Source of the DNA: a virus
Taxonomy: Duplodnaviria > Caudoviricetes
DNA length: 64,000 nt
Reading direction: 5' to 3' (one strand)
IMG/VR virus record: IMGVR_UViG_3300037183_000125
Coordinates: 32,001-96,000 of that record
This document shows positions 48,505 through 57,255 of this stretch, piece after piece; within the stretch, counting starts at the first letter, position 1, and each line of letters begins with the position of its first letter. The position numbers and the translations under genes were made by a program. The notes below the pieces were generated by a model. It did not search any database and was not told where the DNA came from. It saw only the letters and a list, made by a program, of their open reading frames with translations.

Positions 48505-51500
48505 ATCTGGCTGAAAATCAAGAGTTTTTGCTGATCGGCCAACATCCTGGCGAGGTTGGAGACGCGGCGCGCGTCGGCCTGCGACTCCTTGACCAGGTTG
48601 CCGTCCTGACGGTCAACACGTTGATTTACTAAAATGTATCTCGTGTCATAGAGCTTTCCGTCCACGAGAACCTTCTGAAAGGCGACGAGGTAGGCCGCGA
48701 GCTGGGCCTGGCGAGCGGCCAAGGAGGTAAGGCGGGCGGGGACGCCGGACGGACTGAGGGAGGCGAACCAGGCAAGTGTCAGGGCGTAGAAGGCAGCGGT
48801 CTCCCGGAGGAACTGGGAGACCACGCCCCACTGGGAGGCCTTCAGGAAGGACTCAGGCTGGATCACCTGGTACGACGTCGACCCCGGGGACGGGAAGGCG
48901 ACGAACGGGGAGACCGCGTCGAGGGTCAGGACGTGAGAGGCGACCGAGGAGACCCTGTAGAGCCCGAAGTTGGCGCCGCCGGGGACGAAGACGAGGGAGC
49001 CCGCCACGACGCCTGCTAGGATGAAGCTGGCGAAAGGGTCCGTCAGCGTCAGCCCCGCGGCCGTGCCGGACCCGCTGGCCAGGACGGGGCCCGAGTACTG
49101 AATGAGGACGACGGCGGTCGAGATCTCCGAGGTCAGACGCCCAACGACGGCGGGAGGGACGGCGGAGGCGGCCACGTTGGTGGCGAGGACGCCGATCTCG
49201 GCCGCGACTATGTCCGAGAGGAACAGGCCGACGACCGAGACCTCGAAATTGCTTCCCGGGTCCGGGAAGTTCAGCTGCGCGACCTTAAAGGTGGTCGCGG
49301 TGGAGGAGAGGACCGTGAAGGGGGTGCCGACGTTCGGGCCGCTGAGGAAGAGGACCGAGGCCCCTGGCGAGACGGGCAAAGTGGACGAGACGAGAAGGGA
49401 GAGCGAGGATACCGGCCTGCTCAGGGCGTCCACGACCAAAGGGGTGCCGACCTGAAAGTGGGAGCCGTCGACGATCGCCGTGACCTGACGGACAGCCCCG
49501 GCGTTCGGGCCCGAGACGAACGTGAAGAAGTCGCCGACAGCGACGAACAGGGTGGAGGCGACCACGTCCAGACCGCCGGCCGCCACCTGGGCCGCCCCGA
49601 CAGCAGACTTGGCGTTTCCGACGCCCGATATGACCGCGGTCTCGTCGGCCAGGAGGGCGGACTCGTTAACGTACTCGAGCCGGGGGGCCGGAACCAGCCC
49701 GTCGTCATTCAGGGTAGAACCGTCGAGGGCCGGTATACGCCGGGCCGACATGTCCTTGTTGCCGAAATTGACGGCCCCCTGGATGACCTCGTTTCCCCAG
49801 ACCTGGAGCTGACCACCCCCGAGGGCGGGAATGAAGGGCGGACCCACCGTGATGTTCTTTAGCTGGCCGTTTGCCGGGTCGACCGAGATGTCGCGTCCCG
49901 GCTGATAGAAATGGTTCGAGGTGGCGGTCGGGGTCACGGGGACGGCCGAGACGTCCTGAAGGATGCTGCCTGAGCCAAGGGTGGTGGCAACGTCGAGGGT
50001 GACGACGAAGGGCCCGGTGCCGGTGACGGAGACAACGTTTCCGGCCACGTCCGGGCTCCCGTCGGGAGCGAAGACCCGGACCTGCTGGCCCGCCGCGAAG
50101 GGAGGAACCAGAAGGTCCTGTTGGCCGTTCTCGGCGACCGTGTACGCCATGCCCGAGACGGAGGTGAAGAATTGGCTGGCGGGGGCGCTGGACAGGGTGC
50201 CGACGGACTGGATGTTCTCTATCCCGAGGCTCCCGAGCGTGGATCCGCGCTGGGCGGAGGAGACCTGGTTGTTGATCGCCGCCGCGGCCTCAAGCTGGGT
50301 CGGGAAGATCCGGGACAGCGCGTTCGGGAAGGCCATAGTCCCGTAGACGGGAGTGCTGGAGAACGTGAAGAAGCCGGTAAGACTGATCTTGTCGTAGAGC
50401 TTGATCCGGTCGTCGATGTCGTTCGTCACCTGGGCGTACGTCTGGCGCGGAGGGTTGTCGAAGTTGTCGTCGAAGCGGAACCGCCCTGAGGACCCACCGA
50501 CCACGCGACCGTCGATGTCGGCCAGAAGGTCCTCGTAGTAGTTTATCAGGTCGTTGTAGAAGAGCAGAAGTCTCGCCGTCACGAAGTCGAGGTTCCCCTG
50601 ATGCTGCTGCTCGAAGTAGAGGCTCGGCCGGCCGAAGTCCTTGTTCGCCATGCCCGTCGCACTCTGCGTGTTCGGGCCCGAGCTGCCGGACGAGGTGGCG
50701 CCAGCGCGCAGGAGGTCCTGCACCTCCGGGATGAAGGAGAGGACGGTCTCCACGCGGTAGAAGAAGGTGTCCGGCGCGTACAGGACGTAGTCGGAGGCCA
50801 GCCTCTGGCCGGCGAGACCGTTGGCCGGGCCCGGGGCAATGGCGTACGAGTAGTTCAGCGAAAGGACGGTCCCGGCGGGCTGAGTGACGAACGCCACGTA
50901 CAGAGCGTAGAGCTCATCGCCGAACCCGACCTGCTCCCTCAGGACGAACGAGCCGCCGGCCGTCACGTCGTAGTCGACACCCTGCACGAGGACGGACGGA
51001 GAGGAGCCCATGCGAACGAGGTCGAACGGGAAGGACAGGTCCGCCTGGAACGTCGTCTGGAACGTCTTCCCGGGAAGGAAGACGGGACGAACGCTCCGGT
51101 CCACGGCCGGGACGATATAGTTCGCGCGAGCAGGGGAGGCGACGGTGACGCGCGTATTGACCGACGAGGGGACGAACTGGGACGAAATGACGACGTAGGC
51201 ATCGTCGCCCAGGGAAACGACGGTCCCGCCCCTGTACTCGGAGGTGACGTCGCCGGCCACGACGAAAGAGTTGGAGCCGGCGATGAACTGGCCTACAGCG
51301 GCCATCTCGGGGACGAAGTACGAAGGCTGGAGCGGGGCGCAGGAGAGCACGGCCGCCCCGGAGGAATCCGAGGCGAGGCCAGAGCCGGAGAGCGTGATGG
51401 TCGTGACGTCCGAGGAGGAGTCGTAGACGGAGGAGGCGACGAAGGCCGCCTGGATCTGGCCGACCCACAGGACGGAGTCCGCCTGCACGGCCGAGGTCTG

Positions 51501-53942
51501 GTCCCCGTTCATCGTCACGACGGTCTGGCCGGCGGCGATCTCCAGGGAGTCGAGGTCCATCGGCTGGACCGCGAGGTTGAACGAGGTCTCGCCGCCGAGA
51601 GCCTCCTGCACGAAGTAGTCGAGGACGACCGTCTGGCCGTCAATCACCGGGTTCGCCAGGCGGAGGGTCCCGGGGGCCTGGAACTGGAAGAACTCGGGGT
51701 CCAGGGGGACGCCGCTCACATAGACCTTGAAGCCGGCCACCGGGGCGACGGTTCGGCCCTCGGGGTTGAAGATGACGAGGGAGGATCCTGGCGTGGAGGC
51801 GGCGGTCTCCTGCCGGACCTTGAAGGTCCCGAGCTCGACGAGGTTCACGGGCGTGTAGGTGGCCCCGTCGTCCGTGGTAACGAGCCCGACGTAGGTCGCC
51901 ATGTACGAGATGCCGGGCGGGGCGGGAGACGTCAGGTTGACCTGGCTCACGCTCGGGAGCACCGTGTAGCCGCTACGCGGGACGGCCGTGAAGGGGCCGG
52001 AGGGTCCGGGGCCGGAGGCGAGCGAGAACTTCTTGTACGGAGGGTCGACCGGGGTCCAGAACCGGTCGACAACGACGTCGGCCTCGGACCTGACGTCGAA
52101 GGTTATGGGGCCCGTCTGCGCGAAGGCCGGGGAGACAGCGCCCCTCCCCAGGTTGACGGACGAGATGCGTCGAATTCCGACATTCGGGCCCGTGTGGACG
52201 AGGACGTACTTTCCGACGTCCGCGGGGACGAACCCGACGGCGGGGTCGAGGAAGAACAGGGAGGCCGTGGGGACGACGCCGGAGAGGGCGGAGCCGTCGC
52301 CCGGGCCGTTCTGCCCCATGGGCTCTGTGAAGCTCAGGGTCCCGGTCGTGGCGTCGAAGTCGAAGTCGACGCCGGGCTCTACCGGGACGCCGTCCCTGGA
52401 AGCGACGAAGCCGAGCGGGGAGATGGCGGCGTCCGCGAGCTTCACGGCCGGGACGGCGTTCTGGAGGGTGAGGGAGACAGTCTTCCGGAAGACGAACTTG
52501 AACTGCTTCCTGTCGAGGTCTAGCAGGTAGGCGGCGCCCTGCTGGGCCGGGTTCGTCCCGTCCGCGAGGGCCCCCGTGAAGGTCCCGGAGCTCGAGGGCC
52601 CCTGCTCTATACGGTAGACCAGGGACGAGTCCGTGACAGGGACCGTCGGGAGCATGACAAAGGGGGCCTGCGAGATCCCGTCGACGATGACCTGGTCGTC
52701 CACCGGGTAGGCGATGGTGAAGTCCGGGACCTGGGACTCGCCAGAGCCGTTCACGCCGCTGCGGAAGACCTGGAAGGAGACGCCCTCCTCGACGGGCATC
52801 AGGGAGTCGAGGTACGAGAACGACCATGACGAGAACTCGAAGGCGTCGGCGGCCGCAAAGTATGCCTGCCCCGTGTCGGTCCTGACGACGACGGTCCCCG
52901 TCAGGGGGGCCTTCGCCGGGGCCGCGTCCGACGGGACGACGGTCCAGTAGGTCCTCGCCGAGCCGGCCTTCTCCGCGTACACGACGTACCGCTGGTCGAT
53001 CAGGCCGACGGAGTCTACCGGGACCGAGAAGGAGGCGGACGGCCAGGCGACCGGCGGGGAGACCGCGGTGCTGGCCGGGGCGACCGAGGCAAGGACGACG
53101 CCGTCGTAGTAGACGCCCTGACCGGCGAACCCGTCCACGTCCGAGGGGGAGAGGACGACGCGGCCGGTGTCGGCCGACCAGGCGAAAGTGCCGGCGGCGG
53201 GGACCGGAAGGTCGGCCTCCGTGGCGTACTCCGTGCCCGGGAGCTGGCGGCCGTAGTTGATGCGGACGAGCGGCGTCTGCCCCGTCCCGGGGCGCGGGCT
53301 CGTGAACAGGAAGTAGGGGACCTCGGAGGAGGCCGGGAGCGTCCCGATGCGGCCGGACGACGACTGGCGGTCGAAAAAGCTCTGTCGCTGGCACAGGACG
53401 TCCGCGCCGCCGTAAATAGAGACGTCCGAGGCGGAAAAGTTGAGCTTCCCGTCCTTGGAGGAGAGCTGGACCGTCCCGCCGGGGAGGGAGGACGGGGGCG
53501 TGAAGTCCGCGGCCTCGCCCACGATGACCACCGTGAAGGTCACGGCGCGCACCGGAGAGCCGACGTAGAGCGCGAAGGGGGCGCTCGCCACGGACAGGTC
53601 CGGGATCGGGGCGACGACGCGCTTGTCGTTCGACAGCAGGCCAAGCACGTCAGGGGTCGAGCCCGGGGACGTGATCCAGCGCTTGGAGAACGAGTCGTAG
53701 GAGAAGCGGACGACGGTCGACTGGTTACGGGTCCAGCGGAACCGGAGCTCCGGATCCGCTATCTCGAGCGCGGCCTTGACCGGGTCGGTCGAGTACGCGA
53801 TGAGGACGTACTCGGACCTCGCCGTCACGGCGTTGAACGCGGACGCGTTCGAGACCAAGTCCCTCGGAGGGTAGGAGTAGGGGTTGTTCCCCTCGCTGAT
53901 CCTGACGCCCTCGAGGAGGGCTCCGCTGGTGTCAAAGGGCAT
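48501..53942 (-). CDS. Very large baseplate / structural protein
   Basis: 1813 aa; repeated Ig-like 'GVD(F/Y)D....G...(F/L)' and 'G......GPN.G..R.V' beta modules; helical C-terminus; follows the spike genes. Confidence 0.75.
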   Translation of the reverse strand: MPFDTSGALLEGVRISEGNNPYSYPPRDLVSNASAFNAVTARSEYVLIAYSTDPVKAALEIADPELRFRWTRNQSTVVRFSYDSFSKRWITSPGSTPDVLGLLSNDKRVVAPIPDLSVASAPFALYVGSPVRAVTFTVVIVGEAADFTPPSSLPGGTVQLSSKDGKLNFSASDVSIYGGADVLCQRQSFFDRQSSSGRIGTLPASSEVPYFLFTSPRPGTGQTPLVRINYGRQLPGTEYATEADLPVPAAGTFAWSADTGRVVLSPSDVDGFAGQGVYYDGVVLASVAPASTAVSPPVAWPSASFSVPVDSVGLIDQRYVVYAEKAGSARTYWTVVPSDAAPAKAPLTGTVVVRTDTGQAYFAAADAFEFSSWSFSYLDSLMPVEEGVSFQVFRSGVNGSGESQVPDFTIAYPVDDQVIVDGISQAPFVMLPTVPVTDSSLVYRIEQGPSSSGTFTGALADGTNPAQQGAAYLLDLDRKQFKFVFRKTVSLTLQNAVPAVKLADAAISPLGFVASRDGVPVEPGVDFDFDATTGTLSFTEPMGQNGPGDGSALSGVVPTASLFFLDPAVGFVPADVGKYVLVHTGPNVGIRRISSVNLGRGAVSPAFAQTGPITFDVRSEADVVVDRFWTPVDPPYKKFSLASGPGPSGPFTAVPRSGYTVLPSVSQVNLTSPAPPGISYMATYVGLVTTDDGATYTPVNLVELGTFKVRQETAASTPGSSLVIFNPEGRTVAPVAGFKVYVSGVPLDPEFFQFQAPGTLRLANPVIDGQTVVLDYFVQEALGGETSFNLAVQPMDLDSLEIAAGQTVVTMNGDQTSAVQADSVLWVGQIQAAFVASSVYDSSSDVTTITLSGSGLASDSSGAAVLSCAPLQPSYFVPEMAAVGQFIAGSNSFVVAGDVTSEYRGGTVVSLGDDAYVVISSQFVPSSVNTRVTVASPARANYIVPAVDRSVRPVFLPGKTFQTTFQADLSFPFDLVRMGSSPSVLVQGVDYDVTAGGSFVLREQVGFGDELYALYVAFVTQPAGTVLSLNYSYAIAPGPANGLAGQRLASDYVLYAPDTFFYRVETVLSFIPEVQDLLRAGATSSGSSGPNTQSATGMANKDFGRPSLYFEQQHQGNLDFVTARLLLFYNDLINYYEDLLADIDGRVVGGSSGRFRFDDNFDNPPRQTYAQVTNDIDDRIKLYDKISLTGFFTFSSTPVYGTMAFPNALSRIFPTQLEAAAAINNQVSSAQRGSTLGSLGIENIQSVGTLSSAPASQFFTSVSGMAYTVAENGQQDLLVPPFAAGQQVRVFAPDGSPDVAGNVVSVTGTGPFVVTLDVATTLGSGSILQDVSAVPVTPTATSNHFYQPGRDISVDPANGQLKNITVGPPFIPALGGGQLQVWGNEVIQGAVNFGNKDMSARRIPALDGSTLNDDGLVPAPRLEYVNESALLADETAVISGVGNAKSAVGAAQVAAGGLDVVASTLFVAVGDFFTFVSGPNAGAVRQVTAIVDGSHFQVGTPLVVDALSRPVSSLSLLVSSTLPVSPGASVLFLSGPNVGTPFTVLSSTATTFKVAQLNFPDPGSNFEVSVVGLFLSDIVAAEIGVLATNVAASAVPPAVVGRLTSEISTAVVLIQYSGPVLASGSGTAAGLTLTDPFASFILAGVVAGSLVFVPGGANFGLYRVSSVASHVLTLDAVSPFVAFPSPGSTSYQVIQPESFLKASQWGVVSQFLRETAAFYALTLAWFASLSPSGVPARLTSLAARQAQLAAYLVAFQKVLVDGKLYDTRYILVNQRVDRQDGNLVKESQADARRVSNLARMLADQQKLLIFSQI

Positions 53943-53948
53943 GGCGTG

Positions 53949-53955
53949 ACCTTAC
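53949..53955 (-). promoter_or_regulatory. G-TAnnnT -10-like element 6 nt before the ATG of the 1813-aa gene
   Basis: gTAAGGT-cacgcc-ATG. It could alternatively act as an SD (AAGGT). Confidence 0.4.
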
Positions 53956-53957
53956 TC

Positions 53958-54542
53958 CTAAAGTATCTTCCCGATGCCGAATCCAGATCCGGGGAACGGG
54001 GAGCCGGCGCCGACGATGACGACCTGGCCCTGGGCGGTCGGGAGGACCTGGTCGAACCCCTGGGCTATGGCGGAGGCCAAGGCGGCGGAAGAGATCCCGA
54101 CGAGGCCCGACCCGGCGAATGCTGAAACCATCGTCGGTATCGAGACTCCGGGGTTCGGGAGGACGGAGACGACCTTGCCGGCCCCGACACCGGTACCGGC
54201 GGCCGCGGTCAGGATCTGCGCCGCGAGGAGCGACTGGCAGAAGCCGATGGTGAGCGCGTTGATCAGAAGGTCCCGGTGGTTTCCGTTGATCCCGTACGAG
54301 GTGAAGGTGGACCTGAAGGACTGCGAGAGGGAGCCAGGGGGCACGATGAGCCCCACCCCGTTCCCGACGCCGGCGCCAAGGCTGCCGACGTCCGCGGTCG
54401 TGACCACGGGCGCGGCAAGCATGTACGAGCACCAGCCGGCGGAGACCGCGGCCGCAAGCTGGGCCGCGGATATCCCGAGGATGGAGTTCCCGGCCATCTC
54501 CGCCAGGAGCGCCGTGGCGACTACGGGAGGGACGAGCGCCAT
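53958..54542 (-). CDS. Putative spike-tip / spike-associated protein with three internal repeats
   Basis: 194 aa; immediately downstream of the spike gene; three ~62-aa repeats; no PAAR motif. Confidence 0.6.
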   Translation of the reverse strand: MALVPPVVATALLAEMAGNSILGISAAQLAAAVSAGWCSYMLAAPVVTTADVGSLGAGVGNGVGLIVPPGSLSQSFRSTFTSYGINGNHRDLLINALTIGFCQSLLAAQILTAAAGTGVGAGKVVSVLPNPGVSIPTMVSAFAGSGLVGISSAALASAIAQGFDQVLPTAQGQVVIVGAGSPFPGSGFGIGKIL

Positions 54543-54545
54543 GAG

Positions 54546-56801
54546 TCAGGGGCCGATGAGGACCGTTGGTATGCCCAATATGGGTATGCCGATCAAATAG
54601 TCAACATGGGGTGCCGGAGGACCGGGCACCCCCGCCACGACGTTGCCGACAACCGAGAGACCTATCTTGGTTGTGGGGGCCGCGATGTTGGCGATAACGC
54701 CGGAGGACATGGTGGCGGAGACCCCGCCGGTCATCGTCGCGGTCCCGGCGCCCGCGGACAGGGCGAGGTTGCCCGCGCCGACCGTGGCCGTCATGTTCCC
54801 GGCGCCGACCGTCATGCCCATGTTGCCGGTGGCGACGTTGGAGAGCATGTTGCCGACCCCGACGGTGTCGGTGATGCCAGACCCGGCCGCGACGGTCCTC
54901 GTCATGCCGCCGGCCAGGACCGTGGCAGCGTCGACGCCCGCGACCATCAGCTTCGTGTCAGAAAGGGCGAAGGTTGACTGGCGGAACTGCCCGTACATCT
55001 CGGTCGTCTTGCCGAGCACGGTCTGGTTCACGTCCCCGGCCGACTTCATCTTGTAGCCGCCGAAGCCGACGTTGTGCGTGATGGAGCTCGCCTCGACGGC
55101 CTCCGATCCGCCGACGTTCCGGACCACGTTGCCGCCGATGACGTCGAGCGTGGAGCCGCTCGCGCTCCTGAAGTCCGAGCCGCCGACCATGGTCTCCCGG
55201 CCCTGGGTGCCGGCGTACGTCGTCCTGATCTTGCCGTGGAGGACAAGGTCGATGGACACCTGCTCGGGGCCGGTGGCGTTCGAGAAGTCCTGGAACGAGC
55301 CTATCTCGGCCCGGATGCCGCCCAGAGTGCGCAGGTCGATGCTCCGGCCCGTGTTCTCGTCCGCGCCGATGACGGCCTTCAGGAGGCCTAGGATGTTCGC
55401 GTCGACGGACTTGCCGCGGTCCTGAGCGGTCCCGGTCCGGGTCTTCGGGACGTGAAGGTAGACGCGGCCCTCCTTGGAGACGCCGAAGACGTACTGGTTG
55501 CTCGTCGTCGGGCTCTGGATCCGGAAGAGCCGGGCGAGCGCCTGGGTGTCCGCCTCGGTCTGGCTCGTCGTCGTGTCGACGGGCTGCAGGGACGGGGAGC
55601 TCGCGTTCGACTGCTGGTCCGGGTCGTCGAACACATGCATCTTGAGCACGCGCTTATAGAGCGAGCGGCCGGCCTCCGTGTACGGGTCATTGCCGACCAC
55701 GGTCCCCTTGACGTCCTCGATGAAGATCGGCGGGACCTGGTCTATCTGGACGCCGTCGCCGTCCTCGGTGACGGCCATAACGCCGTCGCTCGTGTGCCTC
55801 AGGTCCGCGCGGTCCTCGACGTAGCACTGGTCGGTGTCGGCGAAGGACTGGTCGTGCTCGCCGGAGACGACGTAACTGGAGCGCTGTCCGTCCGGGAGGA
55901 CGACGAAGGGGTAGAACGGGTCCTCCGGGTCGGACCCGACTGCGTCCACCGGGGTCCCGTCCGGGTTGATTAGCCCGAACTCAAGCAGCTTCTCGTACGC
56001 CTCGGACCCCGGCTCGACCTTGGTGACGATGGTGGTTACCCCGTCCGCGGAGGTCGTAAGCTTCCCGGCCGTGAACTTGTCGAAGCTGTCGGTCGAGGGG
56101 TCGAACCCGGAGATGGCGAGGTCGGGTAGAAAGTTGTAGGAACTGCGTCGGATGAGGCCGCGCCGGTAGGTGCCGGCGGCGTTGTTCGAGAGCTCGTTGA
56201 CGGCCTGCAGGACAGCGGTCTGGTCCGAGTCCCGGAGCTCGAACTCGTTTCCCGCCCGGTTCGCCATGTGGGCGTTACGGTCGAGAAGTATCTCGCCGCC
56301 CTCTCCGGCCTGGGACAGGTAGTCGCCAGAGTAGGCCTTTCGAAGCTTGAGACGCGTGATCCCGAGGCCGAGGTGGGGATCGTCGAAGAGCTCAGGGGCG
56401 ACGCGACGGACCTCCTCGGCGTCCGCCGGGTCTACGACCGAGAACGGGGCGAAGTCGCGCGCCGTGTATGTCCCGACCGTCATCCACTCGGTTATGTAGG
56501 GCGCGAAGGTGTTCGCCCCGTACCGGCGCCACTGGATAATGCACTTGGAGCCTTGCTCGGGGATGGTCCCAGACCACGAACGGGGGCCGCCGCCGCCGGG
56601 GGCCGTAAGGGGGACGTCAAAGCGGACGCCGGTCCCAGTCTCGAGCTGGACGGAGCATACCATGGTCTCCACGTCCACGTGGAGAACGCGACCGACCCAG
56701 AGGAGGCTCCGGGAGGCATCAGTCTCCTGGGACTGCATCCTCGGACCGCCGGGGTGCGGCCCGTTCGGGATAGGGCCCATATGACTCGGATCGTGCGCCA
56801 T
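54546..56801 (-). CDS. Central baseplate spike (gpV / gp5-like)
   Basis: 751 aa; N-terminal OB-fold 'GRVLHVD....CSV......VPL.....W.G.IPEQGS.C.I.W'; C-terminal beta-helix repeats (VGGSD, VIGGN, GNMTATVGAGN); ends PHVDY. Confidence 0.8.
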   Translation of the reverse strand: MAHDPSHMGPIPNGPHPGGPRMQSQETDASRSLLWVGRVLHVDVETMVCSVQLETGTGVRFDVPLTAPGGGGPRSWSGTIPEQGSKCIIQWRRYGANTFAPYITEWMTVGTYTARDFAPFSVVDPADAEEVRRVAPELFDDPHLGLGITRLKLRKAYSGDYLSQAGEGGEILLDRNAHMANRAGNEFELRDSDQTAVLQAVNELSNNAAGTYRRGLIRRSSYNFLPDLAISGFDPSTDSFDKFTAGKLTTSADGVTTIVTKVEPGSEAYEKLLEFGLINPDGTPVDAVGSDPEDPFYPFVVLPDGQRSSYVVSGEHDQSFADTDQCYVEDRADLRHTSDGVMAVTEDGDGVQIDQVPPIFIEDVKGTVVGNDPYTEAGRSLYKRVLKMHVFDDPDQQSNASSPSLQPVDTTTSQTEADTQALARLFRIQSPTTSNQYVFGVSKEGRVYLHVPKTRTGTAQDRGKSVDANILGLLKAVIGADENTGRSIDLRTLGGIRAEIGSFQDFSNATGPEQVSIDLVLHGKIRTTYAGTQGRETMVGGSDFRSASGSTLDVIGGNVVRNVGGSEAVEASSITHNVGFGGYKMKSAGDVNQTVLGKTTEMYGQFRQSTFALSDTKLMVAGVDAATVLAGGMTRTVAAGSGITDTVGVGNMLSNVATGNMGMTVGAGNMTATVGAGNLALSAGAGTATMTGGVSATMSSGVIANIAAPTTKIGLSVVGNVVAGVPGPPAPHVDYLIGIPILGIPTVLIGP

Positions 56802-56809
56802 CTGGAACT

Positions 56810-56842
56810 ACGGTACCCATAGCAGGCTAACGCGGGTAGAGT
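56810..56842. promoter_or_regulatory. Divergent promoter region between the spike gene and the antisense gene
   Basis: gTACCGT (-) 8 nt before ATG 56801; CGTTAGCCTGCTAT (-) further upstream; gTAGAGT (+) 5 nt before ATG 56848; all within a 46-nt gap. Confidence 0.45.
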
Positions 56843-56847
56843 CGTCC

Positions 56848-57255
56848 ATGGCAACAGTCCAGGCCACGAACATAGGCGGAGTCATCGTCCCGGGAGCCCA
56901 CTGGAAAGTGAAGAGCCTAGGAAATATATCGGCCGGGGATGTGGTGAAGGTGAGCCTCGTGTTCGATGACGAGAAGCTGGAGAAATACCTGTCCCGGATC
57001 AGCGTCCAGGAGGTAACCTACGAGCGCGAGGATGACGAGCGGAGTTCGGTGATCCTCGGGTTCATGGTGGAGAGGTTCACGCACTTCCTGGATCAGGCGG
57101 CGGAGGAGCCGGACATCGAGAGCATGGCCTGGCTCAAGCCGATGAACCGGACCGTGGAGGCCATCATCCTATTTCTCCTGGACCGCGAGAACTGCGATCC
57201 GAAGTTCCTTTCCCTCATCGGCGTCAAGAGGAAGGAGGAGTCAGCGAACGCGTAG
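56848..57255 (+). CDS. Hypothetical protein antisense to the tail operon
   Basis: 135 aa; GC3-biased on +; occupies the gap between hub and spike; 15-nt convergent overlap with the hub gene; GTAGAGT 5 nt before the ATG. Confidence 0.7.
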   Translation: MATVQATNIGGVIVPGAHWKVKSLGNISAGDVVKVSLVFDDEKLEKYLSRISVQEVTYEREDDERSSVILGFMVERFTHFLDQAAEEPDIESMAWLKPMNRTVEAIILFLLDRENCDPKFLSLIGVKRKEESANA

